Notes under the pieces: model-generated
The model's database searches: none
Told to the model about the DNA's origin: nothing
Seen by the model: the letters and a program-made list of their open reading frames with translations, nothing else
From: Anolis carolinensis
Lineage: Eukaryota
NCBI RefSeq assembly: GCF_035594765.1
Contig: NC_085842.1
Span: forward strand, 61,108,782 to 61,172,781
Length of the DNA: 64,000 bases
Reading direction: 5' to 3'
Position numbers and translations under genes: made by a program
Part shown: one piece after another, positions 33,890 to 48,344 of the stretch
Numbering within the stretch: the stretch's first letter is position 1
Layout of the letters: each line of letters begins with the position of its first letter

Positions 33890-34649
33890 CCCAGTCTCAT
33901 ATTAAACCATAGATTGATCCCTGCCAGGCTGTTAAATGTATCCCTCCAGCTCCATGCCCCTCTCTTTCTTTTCTTCTTCGTCCCCTTCTTCCTCTCCTCC
34001 TTTCCCTCCCTCCACGACTGGTAGAATGAATCCCAGAGCTTTTATCAATTCATGTCTTGATAGATGAGCATAGACAAGCTTGGGGCTGCAAGTGTGTGAC
34101 TTGCATGAATGTCAAAGTGGAATGTACACCATCCAGTGCTGCGGATTAAAGTCTTTGGCCATTATTGCTGTAAACAAAGCCCTCCCCTCCTTCGGAAAAC
34201 AAAAGAGAATGGGTGTACTTTAAAGCCAATTGGCTTGGGACCACAAAAAGGGATTTCTCTCCCCACCCCCACCCCCGCCTGCAGAAAATTCAACAAAGCT
34301 GTGAAACTCGGCTAACTAGACCACATTTTGATCTGGTATCAAACTAATCCTCTCCCTTCAATGTATTGCCTGGGAATTTAGGTTACTTATAAGCTGCCCA
34401 AGCATGCTGGATCATGTTTTCTGAATTTCTCCTGACAAAATATTGCAATGGAAAGGGGGAATAGGTCCCAAGGTGGGCAATAATTGTAGATAAAGGAACT
34501 GATATTGACTTCCATTGTGGAGTGTTTAAAAAAATCTAGTAGCTTCCCATTGAAACCCTTGTCCATGACCTTTTCAATATACTAACCATGAGATATAGAA
34601 ATTTGCCCTGTCTCAAGAGTACATGAATGCTTGGAAGAATCAAGAGGAT

Positions 34650-34869
34650 GGGTTCATCTACACTGTAGAATTAATGCAGTTTGACTCCATTTTAACTGTC
34701 ATGGCTTAATGCTATGGTTCTGTGGGACCTTTAGTTTTATAAGATCTTTAACCTTCTGTGCTAGAGAAGGTTGGTGCCTCACCAAACTTCAACTCCCAGT
34801 ATTCCACAGCACTGAGCCGTGACAGTTCAAAGTGATGTCGAACTGCATTCATTCTACAATGTAGACACA
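34650..34869. mobile_element. Palindromic PIF/Harbinger-like MITE (full length)
   Basis: GGGTTCATCTACACTGTAGAATTAATGCAGTT ... AACTGCATTCATTCTACAATGTAGACACAC; superfamily inferred from the terminus. Confidence 0.85.
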
Positions 34870-36125
34870 CAGTCTGCCACTAGAACATTGCTTGACTGTA
34901 AGCATGCAGTAAGAACAGGCCAGAATTTATACACAGAGGCTATTGCTATGTGCTGTCAGATCTGCCTTCCCTTAAATGACTAACTGGTATGACTATGCAG
35001 TCATGTGTTATGCAGACTGAGGTCTTCTTTAGCAGGAATACAATCTTCAAGAACAACTCTGTTTTCAAAAAATAGCCTGAGAGAAGTTGGCAAAAAAGTG
35101 GTGATTATTAATCTTATTATGAACATGAGACACTTTTGCTCCTTCTTTGTATGCCAACACAGCATACATGTGCTTCCTTTGAGTTTTTAATATACTGACA
35201 GGTTTTAGAGAAAAAGGGCAATGCCCCAGTGTCTAGAAGAGTGAGCAAATGTGTTTGAGGGCAGCATTGATCCCTTTCTTCATGAAACGCCCCTAGGTGT
35301 TCACCACTTCTGAAGTTCATATCACCTCTGTAATCCAGTAAATACTGCAGATGTTCTCTATGAAGCAGCCCCAGACTTACCAGTCTGCATGCAGCATGAG
35401 TTGAGGGACTGCGTGCAACATGTCTGTTCTCCAGCCTTGCTCTTGGCTTATTCATGCAATAGGTTCCTTTGGCTAGGTGATAATTTTTCAGCCAATCCTA
35501 TGGGTTATTGTGAAGATGAAATGTATGCTGACTCAAGCTGGTCTAGGGAAATCTGGGATGAATCAATCAATCCATGAAATAGGATTATTATAAGTATTTC
35601 TACAAAGCCTGCAAGGTTCTGTAATTTCATCTTTGAGGCTCAAGCCAGATATCTTTGATTCTCTTTTTCTTTCTTTCTGTGCCTTCAAGACATTCTGGAC
35701 TTATAACTACTCTGAAATAAACCTATCACTAGGTTTTTTTGAGCCTGAGAGTGTTTGACTTGCCCAAGGTCATCAAGTGGACTTTCATGACTGAGAGGGG
35801 AATCAAACCCCGGCCTCAAGAGTCATATTCCAAAGCTTGAACCAGCTTTTTTTACAGGCAGAACGATCAAACCCAGATGTTCACTCTGATTACTAGTGCC
35901 AAAATGCTCCCCTCATTTGAAATAACCAAGTGTGTAGGAAAAGGGGGCTTTTATTTTTAAAGGTGACTCAAAGGTGCATTCAGCAATGTCCTGTTGCAGT
36001 AATGGGTGTCTTGGATCCTATGGAATCACTCTATCTATAACTGCACATAGATGTGTATGAGTAAACGTGCCATCCCCAAAGGTACCACTGAATATGGGAT
36101 CTTTGAAGTCTCAAAGGGTCGATAA

Positions 36126-36203
36126 TGGCCTCATCTATTTTGCCATATAATGCAGTTAAAATGCATTCTGAAACTGCATTATATGGCAGTGTAGATGGGG
36201 CCA
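36126..36203. mobile_element. Short palindromic MITE
   Basis: TGGCCTCATCTA...GCCATATAATGCAGTT / AACTGCATTATATGGC...TAGATGGGGCCA. Confidence 0.75.
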
Positions 36204-37324
36204 GTGGAAGATAGGTTTTGGTCACTGCACAAGTGTCTTAAAGCACAGCCATTCAGTTAGGATATCTCTAGAACTTCAGCTTCCCTCCTTTAAAGCAATG
36301 TCAGTACTGGACATTTATTCCATTGTGCTTCCACACTACAGTGAAATACTGACACTTTCACTGTTCAGTAATTTTTGGAATTCCTTGGCCATGGATTCCA
36401 GTGAATTTATGCAAGGGCTTTTTTTTGAAGGTATATTGATCTTTATGTCCCTAACTGATGTTTATATAGGAAAACAAGCATATTATGTTTATGTAATCCA
36501 CATAGTAAGGACAATGTAGATTTATGGAGTTGTTGCGCCTCAAAGAGACACCTCAAGAGTGTAGCTGTCAATGTGTGCACAGCTGTTTAAAAAGCACAAA
36601 GTAGTTAGCAATGACATGGCATTCTTCTGTAGTGCTCTCAGTGTCCCCCAGAGTGACAAACAGCTCAATTTTTACATTCTTCTCTGAATGCTTATTCGAA
36701 ATATAGCCGTGCACTGGCAAGTCATACAGTTCTTGCCCTTGTAGTATTTATCTGGTGACCTACTTAGACAACTATTGTTCCAAGCAGGCAGTGTTTAAGA
36801 TCAATATCAAGGTGCAAAGCTGTGATAATCCTAAGGAGACCTGGAAAGCATATATGGTGCTGTGAAATCATAGCTGAACTTTTCTTCATGCACCAAAGCT
36901 GGCATATATGTGAGTCACAGATCCTATTAGTTGATTAAGGGGCTATTTATTTACTTAATTTATATCACACATGTCTTCTTGCACCAGACTTGAGGTGGCA
37001 GATCTCAATCAGTAGAAACATATATATTGTCTGCCAGGACTATAACATCTCAAGGAGGAGGGGGTTGTTTAGGCAGAATTTGTTTGTTAAGGGTTTGCCT
37101 TAACCATTCAATAGATTGAGGGTGTGATTTGTTCAAGGTCACCCAGTAGGTTTTCATGGCCAAGTGAAGATCTGAACCCTTCTCTCCAGTGTCTTAGTCC
37201 AGTACTCAAACCACCATAGTACACTTGTAGGGCAGGAAAGAAATAAAATAATTGTTGTTATTATTATTGCTTTTATTGTGTTCCATACCCAGATATCACC
37301 TTGGTTCAATTTGAGTTTTGATGG

Positions 37325-37448
37325 GACAAAGGCACTGTTCAGCAGCTGAATGGTCATCTGTCGGGAGTACTTTGTGTATTCCTGCATGACAGAATGGGAC
37401 TGGACTGGATGGCCCTTGGAGTCACTTTCAGGTCTATGATTCTATGAT
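37325..37448 (+). mobile_element. CR1 3' tip
   Basis: CR1 3'UTR and TCTATGATTCTATGA tail. Confidence 0.8.
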
Positions 37449-40400
37449 AAGGAAAGTGGTGTAAGATTTCACATATGTCTCATGACCCATTCACCTCATG
37501 TTCATGTGATGGCACTAATTTGTGCCATATGAGTATGCAAATGTTAGATGAATATGAATCAGCCCTTTATGAGAAGCCATTCTCATGGTTTAAAGACTCT
37601 TAAGGCATCCCGCTTCTGCTTTCTTCTTCATTTTGGTATAAAGGCTGTATTTTCTGAAACCACTGCAATAAAATATTATCACAAGTCAAAATTGCAGATT
37701 CAAAGCTGGTGGCAACACTTGAAAGCTTGTACTGAGAGATTCTGTTTTTCCTGCCTATCCTTCCATCTATCCATCCATCGTCTCAGCTATGTTTCTTTTT
37801 TTGGTATTGCTCTGATATACATGTTTGCCTTCTGAAGTACATTTTTCCTGTCTCTTTGCATAGTTACCTAGATATTACAAAACATGTTTGTTTGTTATGC
37901 AGTAAACAATTTAGTCACAACCTAAAAGGAAATTAGGCGTATTTTAAATCCATTGCCATAGAGTTTTAGGATACAATTCTCTATCTTAAATTCTCTATCT
38001 GGATGCAAGTACTGCTGAGCTTAGTGGAACTGACTGCTTAGTAGTATTTTCTAAGTGAACCTAACTAAGCTAGATTGTGGCAGCATGAAGTAAAGGAGAT
38101 ATATGTAGAGAATTGAGATATGTTCTTTGCATTTTTGGACAATTCAGTTTCCTGTTTCCCAAGCATAGCATATCACAGCAAATACCAATGAGATGCTGAT
38201 AGACCTGCACTGCTGAGTAAACGTGTGAAGTGCATCTTTGTGTCTAACTGTGTTCACAAGTTAGTTTCATTGAGTTATCTGGGAGATATGCTGCAGCCAT
38301 AGGACTTCATCCCACACAGTCTTCTCTCTGTTTCTTGTGCTGCTGAAACAGAGTTCCATGGAGGCCATCACATGACACAAGGCCACTAATGGTGGTTGTC
38401 CATGGGACTCCGTTGTGACAGTGTTAAGAAATGGAGGTAATGTTGTGTTTTCAGGAGTCGGGTGCTACCCGACTGCCAATGACAGAAGCTGGACAGAAGC
38501 CTGAAAAGGCTGGGAAATGACATGGGATGTCTGCCATCCCTGAAGATGGAAAGGCATGGGACCTTGATGGTAGGGTATGAAAGAAGATGGTTCCTTACAC
38601 TTTCCCTGCTTTCATGTGATGAGGTCCTTAGTCTATCTCCTATCTGATCCAATTGTTTCTAATTACTTGTTTAATCTGGCACAACAATGTGTGCAGAGAT
38701 AGTATCAGTAACCTTAAAATAACCAAAATATCAGGAAATTAAGAACAGATTCAGAGTGCTATAAACACATTACCATGAGGTAATTAGGAAAAATTATAAA
38801 ATGAGAAGTGGGAAAGGGAATCTGTTTCTTATGACATAAAAGGTAGCTTCAGATGAATCTGAAGAAGTCAGCTGTTATCCACAAAAATTTTATACTGAAA
38901 TAAATTGGTTAGTCTTAATAATGACACAAGTTTTCTTTTTCTTTCCTTTATATAAAAATAAACCAACATTGCTATTTCTTTAAAATTGCTTCAAGAAAAA
39001 TATAGGATTCAGAGCACATTTTCTACAAAGATCTTTTGTTGTTCATCTTTGGGTAATACAAGAGTATTTTTGGGAGGGCCAAACCCATAATGCACGCTTC
39101 TAAAATCTTCCTAGAGGTGCTGTGGATCAGGAATCCCATCAGTCTAATTTAGACCTAACAGTTACTGCTTAGAGACACTTGTAAATTTTCTGTAAATCAC
39201 TAATAGGTCCTGATCTATCATTTGCCCATTTGTGCCATCAATATACTTTGCAAAAGTTCATTTCAGATATCAATATTTAGGTATTTTGGCAATTGCCAAC
39301 TTCAAAATAAAACTAATAGCTTCTAAACAGTTTTTCAAAAGTAGCTCTATATAGAGAGTTTACAGAAGTCCACCTTTGGTATTGCCAAGCCTCAGATCAG
39401 TACAAATTACCATTTTTGTAGGGAATGCCACAGGTAAAAGGTACTGTGCGCTCCTTGCCCACCTGGAATGCCAGGAGTATTGCCAGATCCAGAAGTTTTC
39501 CTAAGCTGCTCACCTGATCCTTTAGGAGGTATGCAACCCCACCCAGCTCTGTCAACACCCAGATCAATCAAATCTTCCAGCATTCACTTTGGACTGAATT
39601 TCACTTTTTTGTTTTCATGCCATCTATTGATTACCTCAGACCATATGTTGGAATTTTCTTTGTCATACTTAACATTGGCTGGAGAAAAAACAAATCCAAA
39701 GAATTGGATGCTCTCATGACACTTTGCCCCCATCTCCCTCAATGCTTTCATGTTTGCTTTCAAAAACATGGAGCATGTAACAGAGCCCTATAGAACAGCC
39801 TGAGGCCACTCATACATCAGAAACATTTCTTTTTAAGAACTAGATTCTCTGAATCCTCTAGCTACCTTGGACAGTTCTTGAAACATTAGTCTAAAAAAAG
39901 GTAACTTTTTCACATTTATGCCCAGTACAACCTTCTGATGATGCTGATTTGGAAAGCTGGTGCCAAATGAGAATATACTTCTGTTCAGCCACTTGCAGCA
40001 ATACTTGCCACATATGCTTTTATTTTCATACAATCAAGAGTGCAAGAAGATAATGTACATCTTTACTATTTTCTTTCCCAAGCAAAACTAGGATACATTT
40101 ATGAATTAAAGTAATTCTTAACTTCTTAAACATCTGCCTGTTGTGATCAATTCATTTATATACTGTACTATTAAAAATTCTATATGGGTATAGAATTGTT
40201 TTCATTTTTAGATATTGAAAGAGATGTGAGTGTGCACTAATTGCTAGAAGAAAAGATTATTAATAGTCATGTTTTCATCCTCAATTCCAGTAAAACACAT
40301 GCACCAGAATAGTTTGCATAAATTAGCAATTTCCCTGGCATTCCTTCTTGCAGCTACTGATTCAGAATCTAGAGTTATGAATTTGTAACTGTTCTGTATT

Positions 40401-42981
40401 CAGTCAGAATATGTGGTCTTACTTTAAGACTACATAAATTATACTCTCAGCCCATCTTAACAGTCAGCAACAGGATCAAATGAAGGAGGTTTACGTGGCT
40501 GACAGTAAAGGAGGAAGAGGATGTTTCTAGCTCTCTCCCATCAGCAAACAAGTCTGTGACAGTCATGACTATGACCCCTGTCACAATTTCTTGTTACAGC
40601 CTCATTCATTGGTGGAAGGAGGCTGGAAATTTCATCCTTCTTCTACCCCGACTGGCAGATAAACAGTTCTCCTTCACTCAACTCAGTCGCTGGATGTTAC
40701 GGTAAGCTACGGGATCAGGCGAGAAGATGTTACTTAGTTAGGCATATAAAACTAAATAGCTGGTGTAGGATATCAATATATATTTGTTACTTTCAGCTGT
40801 GCTGAGAAAACATTTACCCTTCCAGTTATTCTATTAAAGCTTGACTTAATTATTCTACCAGTTGCACTTATTAAAACTGCTATCCTGCTGAAAGAGTGAA
40901 GGCATGTATAGGATTCTCCGGCATACTTGTAGTCCAGGGGAGATTAGTGTAGCATGAATGCTGTCTTATCAGATGGGTGAAATGTGTCTTATGCATAGAA
41001 TTCACCTATATGAGGAATCACTTTTTCTACTCAAAGGAATTACAGGCTTTTAAAGTTAGCTCTAACCTTTGTGTGAACCTCCTATCTAACCCTTGTGATC
41101 ATTTCATAAGTGCTGTCAGTTGACAGGAAGAGGGGACTGGCATTTGTGTGTAAACTAGGAAAGTGTGCAGTGTGGCAAGTCGGCCAGTGCCTTTTCTTCA
41201 AAGCTAACTGACCATGTCCCTAGCTTTACATGAGCCAGGAAGCCCCATCTCAAAGAAATGTACTTTTATTCATTCAGGCTTTCTGTGGAATGTTAATGGA
41301 TTTGTGCTGATGGAGCATGTGAGTGACATTGTGCAAAATGTCTCTTGCCAAATCAGCCACGTATTGCAAACACGGGGTTTTATTGCCTTAAGTGGGGAAA
41401 ATTATGATGCTTCCGCAGTTAAGCATGCAGAAAAATCAGGGTGGCTTCTAGGAGGATAATCTAACTAGTTTTGCCTTTCCTTGCTGGACAAGACAACAGG
41501 TAAAAGTAAAGCAGTAAGAGCACAGAGACAAGTTGAAAATGACAGGCTGGAAAAGGCATTAGACCATGTGCATTTTTTTACAACATGTATTTTCTTTTTT
41601 TGTTTCTTTTAAAAATCTAATTTGGTGTCTTGCTTCTGCAACCCACATACCTTCTACAGAAAGAGTTGTATTCATTGAGACAGGTCAGAGATTCAGTGCT
41701 GGCCTGAGTTGCTTCAAAGCTTAGAAAATGTACTTTTCTGGAGGTGGGAATCATAGTTCCCAGTGAGCATGGGCACTAGACACATTCATTTAGAGATTCT
41801 GACAACTTTAGTGTTCGAATCATTTGTAAGCCCTGCTTTTTCCTTTGACAACTGAGTGTCTTGCATTGCCTCCTACACAGGTGTTGAGGTCTATTACTGA
41901 AGGGCTTCCATGGAAAGGGCAGACTGAAGCTTCCTTCTAAAGCAGTAAGAATGGACGCCATTCAGGAGACGAACTAACAGCATCATGCAATTGGCCGCAA
42001 AGTGTTGAAATCTAAAGCCAGAATGAGATGCTAATTCTAAGAAGGGTCTTCCAAATTTAGATGTTGTTGTGGCTTGGATCACATACCTAGGCAAGGCAGT
42101 ATGCTCCAATAGCCAAAGGATAAGTGGGAAAGACATCCCTGTAGTTTATCACAGGGAGCTTGTGGACATGTCAGGAGTTGCATGCCAGAGGGAAATTCTA
42201 ACTCTCTCTCTCTATGTATGGCTGTAAAAAAATAAATGAGAGGATAGGTAGAAAAGGAAATGGGATCCCATTTTACAAGATATGATTATTACTTTGCTCA
42301 GCTTGGTAGATGCTGCAGAAGTGCAAAAGATAATGAGGCTAGAAACTGGATTAATTAATCTGTAGAGGAAAATCCTCCTAGAGTATTCACTGTTGAAGTC
42401 AAGCCAATATTTTTAGCTCCTGCCACATTGAGCTTTGCATTACACCGATTAGCCTATATTTGTGTATGTGAGCAAGTTAAAAATATAGCCAGTGGAAAGC
42501 TACAGCTCAGCAATAAACACCTCATTTGATATGGAGGTTTGGGGATGGTAAAAGTTTCAATGGTTTTCCCCTTCTTTCCATCTTATAGCTTTGGATTCAA
42601 GAAGGAGGATACTGAACCACATATTTCTCCTTTGCCAGCAATCTCTCTCTTCCCCTCTTTCTCTCTCTCTGAGGCTGTTGTAAATATATTGGACAGATAG
42701 TTGGGAAATGGCTCTTGGAGAGAATTCTTTTGCAAGCATGTGGTGCAATCTTTCCAGCACTCAAGAAAACCTATTGGGTGATAGGAATAACATCAAAACA
42801 TGCAGCAACATGTATGCTCAACGAGGACTTTAAGCCAAGATGTAGAGCGCTTTGTAATTTTAGCAAACTGAAATGAATTATCAAGCTTGACTTCTGACTC
42901 TCCTTGTTTGTGTTTCCCATATTCAGGCTTTAATTCGTGTGGTACATGCTGGTGGGATACACATAAAGAGATTATCCCGGA

Positions 42982-44024
42982 ATGGTGGATCACCTGCTTC
43001 CTTTGGATGAATCTTTCTCATCCACCAGGCCTTCAATTGGATATTTTGGGGACATGACAGCAATTGGAAGGTCCTACCAAATGCTGCCCTCTCCCTTGTC
43101 CGAAGATGACAGTGATTCTTCCAGCTTTTGCTCATGTTCCAGCCCTGATTCCCAGGTTCTTGGCTCAAGCTATGGGAGCTCATCAAGCGCTGAGAGCCAG
43201 GACAGTATTTTGGACTATTTGTTGTCCCAGGCATCCTTGGGGAATGGCCATACCTCCTGGTGGGACAAAAGGAGACTTCAGCCCATTGTGAAGGACGAAC
43301 ATTTCCAGATGCCGGAGTTTATGGTCGAAATGGATGATGGTGGACCATTCCAGCCCACCCTTGAGGAGATAGAGGAGTTTCTTGAAGAGAACATGGAGAC
43401 AGATCTCAAGGAGGGGCCTAAAAGTGAGACCAAAGACATGAGAGCTTGTAGCCAGATTACTGTGGCTTCCATACAGCAAAAAGACCACATGGTGTCCTAT
43501 AGTAGTTTAAAAGACAATAAAAGTGAACAGTCGAACAGCACAATGGAAGGTAGCCATGCATCAAATGGAACAGTGTCCCTTGATGGAGGGATTCCAGTCA
43601 TGCTTCAAATCCAACCAGTACCAGTTAAACAACAATCAGACACAAGTCCTAGTTCACAAGGGCAAGCTCAAGACAATATTAAAATTGCCCAGCTCCTGGT
43701 CAACATCCAAGGGCAAACATTTGCGTTAGTGCCCCAGCTTGTCCAGTCATCTAACTTGAACTCATCTTCTAAATTTGTCCGCATAGCCCCAGTTCCTATA
43801 GCAGCAAAACCTCTTGGGCCTGGAGGTACAATCCAGGGTCAAACAGGGGTCATCATGGGTCAAAAATTTCAAAAGAACCCAGCAGCTGAACTTATTAAAA
43901 TGCACAAATGTACTTTTCCTGGATGTACCAAGATGTACACAAAAAGCAGCCATTTAAAAGCCCATCTGAGAAGGCACACAGGAGAAAAACCTTTTGCATG
44001 CACATGGCCTGGTTGCGGATGGAG
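42982..44024 (+). CDS. KLF15: Kruppel-like factor 15, first coding exon (exon begins at acceptor 42926/42927)
   Basis: MVDHLLP N-terminus, [62 protein letters not shown]1 and HTGEKPF; phase-2 donor AG|GTTAGT. Confidence 0.98.
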
Positions 44025-45863
44025 GTTAGTACTGGGAGGGGGTTGACAAATGCTACATTTCATAATACTACTGTATTTCCCTTCTCATTTCTCAACCCAC
44101 AACTGTAAACATAATTCATTTATAACAAAGGTGGGCATATTTGCCCTGCAAGCCAGTTTTTGTGCCCTCTGACGTTTCCAACAATTCACTTGTGTGGAAT
44201 AAATGAATACGCTTTTCTGATAAGCCCCAAAGATAGCATTTCTCTCTTTCCCTCTTCACTCTCTCCCTTCATTCTTTAACATTTAAAAAGAAGGACTTTT
44301 CAAAATTAGAAGTTGACTTCTGACCACTTGAGGAACATTCTTGAAAGTCCACATGGGCCTTAGACACACTGAAGTTGCCTTTCCCTGATTTATAAACAAA
44401 CATTTTTTCTCCAGTGCTTGGCTATTATTAGTAATGAAGCACATTTTTTTCAAATTAGATCATCCTAGAAACATCTGTGGATTACATAAATTTATTGATA
44501 TAGATATCGTTTTGAAAAAGCAAGTGGGTATTGCCTAAAAAAAGAATTATGTTTGGAGTAGGCATTGCTATTTTACAATGCTTCTGCAGTTGTAACTTTC
44601 CTTCTGCAAGCATCACCAAAGTAAAGTATAAAAACTAGTCTAGTGGTTTGAGCTAAATTCATGGGGTGACTTGAAGACAAATAGACACACAAATTATTCA
44701 TTTCAATGGTCAGAGATCACCTGATGGCAAAGGTCTGTGAACAAAATACTGGAGAACTGTGGCTCGTTGAAGTAGACCGCAGTCGTGGGGATGATGTAGT
44801 ACAAGCCTGTTTATTATGCTTCTATAAGTAAAGTTAGCAAAATTGCTGTATTATTCATTGTAAAAAAATATTTTATGTAAATTCATCCAACCCTATGAAA
44901 GTTTGTGTTTCAAGAGTGGGACAGTGCTCATTCACATTGTTGGTCTACACAAAGTTAGTTTGCTTTTCCAAATTTGGCATGATGAATGTCTATTAGCTTA
45001 CAAATTGCTCCATGTGCCAACCCTAACTGACACCAACAGTGATTTATTGCTGCGATGGGAATGCAATCTTAACTTGCAGTGGAAAAAAATAATTGCAAAA
45101 TTCTTTTTACATTTTGTTATTAGATATAGATAACCAAGTATGACAAAATGTGTGTGCTTCTCCAGGGCAGGGAGGTGTAATATAACATTCAAATTGGAAT
45201 CTTAAATCAGTTTCAGAAATACAAGTTTTCTTGCTCCTCATATATCATAGTGGAAATCAGTACTGGGAAATAATATTTCACTTCTCAATCAGAATTGAAC
45301 AAAAATGGCAGAAGAACTCCCCATTAGGACTAAGGGGACAATTTTCACAGAAATAGATGCAAGGCATTTTGTTTTTGTTTTACTACTGTATTTGCTCTTA
45401 AATTTAGATTTTTTTAAAAGTGGGAATTTTCAATAACTTCAAAAAGGTTCTTAGCAGAATTAGATGAAACCTTCAGGGAAAGTTACCTCTTCCCAGGGAA
45501 TTGAGCCTGCCAAATTTCAGAAAATGTACAGAGCATTTTGACCAAGAGCAGGCTTTGTGGGATTTCTGTAAATGAATGTGTGTAACCTCCTAGTTTTTTT
45601 CCATTGACAGTTGTTACGAAAATGAAGTGTGAAACAGAAGCGGTACAGCTACATTTCCAACAAATATCAGTTGCTGCAGGTTATATCTCAAAGGAAAGAA
45701 CTAGCAAAACCACATCTAAGTATTCCTAGCCTATGAAATGTGTGGGGTTGCCATAAGTTGACAGACGACTTGAAGGCGCGCAGACACATTTCAGAAAATA
45801 CCTGGCCCAAAGCAACCAATGTTCTATTCTGCTAGATGGTTGATACAATTCTCCCTTGATATA

Positions 45864-46258
45864 CAGGCAGTCGCCAAGACACAAACATCCGACTTAGAAA
45901 AGACTCATAGTTACAAACGGGGGTGAGACAACAAGAAGTGAGAGAAATCTATCACTAGAAAGGGAAATTAAGTCTCGAAAGATCTCTCATGGGAAAAAGT
46001 GTTACCACAACAAGCCATATTTTTCAAAATCCAGTTATCACAGGGGCAGAAAGTGAGGTGAAATCTTCTGAACAGAGACACAGACAGCAAAACAAACAAC
46101 ACTGGTGTTCACCCTTCCCTATGCTATCCTAAACTAAAACAAAATATATATTTAGCTGGAGTTACACTTAAAAATGTGCTCATTCGAACTTACATACAAA
46201 TTCAACTTAAGAACAAATCTACAGAATCTTATCTTGTTCATAATTTGGGGACTGCCTC
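45864..46258. mobile_element. Tc1/Mariner (Tigger-like) MITE
   Basis: TA-CAGGCAGTCGCCAA ... TTGGGGACTGCCTC-TA. Confidence 0.82.
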
Positions 46259-46830
46259 TACTCTTCTCTGCTGCTTTGGCAGACCCAGGGAGGTGGTAAA
46301 AGTGCAAGATCCATCCACACTGTGGCATTAGGACTCTGGAAACAGCTAATGGATTGCTTACATTTGTGACATTGAAAAGGTGATGTGAAATTTTGTGTAG
46401 AAGGGGTTGCTTATTTTAGCTGAGCTCTATATGTTTTACTGAAAATTTGAAAAATAAGGTGTATGTCATAGAAGTGTTCTTAGGTAAGACTCTATTGCTA
46501 ACGAAGCAGGAGGATTGTTCAGTTTCAAGTTCTTTCTGCTTCTGAAGAATCCTGTTTTGATCAAGGCAGCTTTCCAATCTGTCCAAATCATCATTTGTTC
46601 TGTATTTGAGTTTCATCAAAATTCTTTCTAAAAGTAGATAAAATTGATAAATGGTTGCTTATGGAACACTTGGTGAAGTGTGCAGTAGTTTCTATGGAGG
46701 AAATGATGCCAATCATCCTGGAGACATGACACTTGATGGGACATTTGGCTTGACCCAATATTTGCATTATTTACTGTTAAGATGACAGTTCCTTTGGCTT
46801 GTTAATCATTCAAGTTTTATGTGCGTGAGG

Positions 46831-47097
46831 CAGGGCTGTAGCTGGGGGGGGGGGTGTGTTAGAGGTTCAACCCCCCAAAAATTTTCAAGTTTTTTTAAAA
46901 AAAAATCTGGTTTACTCATGAATTTTAACTGATTAACCAAATCCCTACGAGTGTCCACTGAAGTTTATCTGTTTTGGGTGTCTACTGAAGTTTATCGAGG
47001 GAGCCTGATTTCTAATTATTTTGCGTTATAGAACTACTCTTCATGATTTGATATTTAAAAGTTTCAACCCCCCCCCCCCATTTCTGGCTATGGCCTG
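46831..47097. mobile_element. Non-autonomous hAT element
   Basis: TIR CAGGGCTGTAGC / GCTATGGCCTG; TSD GCGTGAGG (46823-46830) / GTGTGAGG (47098-47105). Confidence 0.85.
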
Positions 47098-48158
47098 GTG
47101 TGAGGCATAATATTTTTTCCCTATTTTTAAGGGGAAAGAAATTGACTGTTAACTACAAGATTTGCCCTTTGTTCTGTTGGATCATTCGTAATATCCATAA
47201 CTTGTTATATTTTGTCTCCAGAGCAACCTATTATAAATGTCTTTTTGAGGGAACACGTGAGAAAAAATAATGTCAAGTTTAGATTTTGCTGGTGGATTTG
47301 AATTCATGGATTTGAAACTGTGCCAGGCCTGCTGGTTACTGTCTGATCATCTTTGTGCTTACAGTCCTTCTCCTAATGAAGTCCTCTGTTGTTATAACAG
47401 CCCTTTGTGGGGTCCTTAATTTTCAGGTAGTTTAAAACTAAACAGGGAAGGTGTGTGTGGAAGTATCATATGGTGATAATGGAACAAATCATTTAGACAG
47501 AGATGGATTAATCATTCTATGAAATATAGTTTCTAAACCAAATGAGCGCAGGGGCTTCCTGGTCTAAATGGTGTGTTGATGTTATCATTCAGTGAATCCA
47601 CATAAAGATGATCCCAGTTTGAACAACTGAGAAAAAAATCTTTCTCAGATTAAATGTTACAGAATTACTGTTGGTACACAAGCATCTGCAGTCCCCCTCC
47701 CTTTGTATCTTCTTATCATAAGGTCACGAGGCACAACGTCTAACTGGCCTTCTGTATGGAAAACTGAGAGTAGGCAACAGAAAGTGATAGCTAAACAGCT
47801 CTCTTTAGAGGGGAGACAATGGCCATTTTCCTGGTTATATGAAAGTAAGTGCGGTTACTATGGTATTGAATGCTGCACTGTAATTTCCCCTTCTGATTGA
47901 ATCTATGGTTTTCTGAGTACAGGCTGACTGGTCTGAGGTCTTTGTTGCATGGTGCCATTATCCCTGGCCCTTTGCATGATCAGAGATAATGGCAACATAC
48001 TAATATGATGACCTTTGGTGTCACACCTTTCCAGGCATCATGCAACTGTGATGCTTTGGCAATTTGAGATCCTATAGCCACACATTTGGTTTAGCACCCC
48101 CTCCATACTTTTTAAAAAAATATAATGAAGTCTGTTAAAGAAACTTTGCAATTCCAGC

Positions 48159-48344
48159 CAAGGCTGTAGCGGGGGTGTGTGTGTGTGTGTTAAGGGTTCT
48201 AACCCCCGCCCCCCCAAACCCAGTTTACTCATGAATTTTAACTGGTTAAACAATTTATAAGTAAACCAGGGTTGTTTTTAACCAGACACATTTCAGGTTT
48301 TTTAAAAAACTTTTAACCCCCCCCCCCCCCCGGCTACGGCCCTG
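48159..48344. mobile_element. Non-autonomous hAT element, same family as 46831
   Basis: TIR CAAGGCTGTAGC / GCTACGGCCCTG; shared internal TTTACTCATGAATTTTAACTG; TSD only 5/8. Confidence 0.78.

Noticed and set aside
44025-44046. ORF track extends KLF15 to ...GWRLVLGGG*
   Set aside because: Read-through past the GT donor at 44025; the zinc finger is completed only by splicing to 58516
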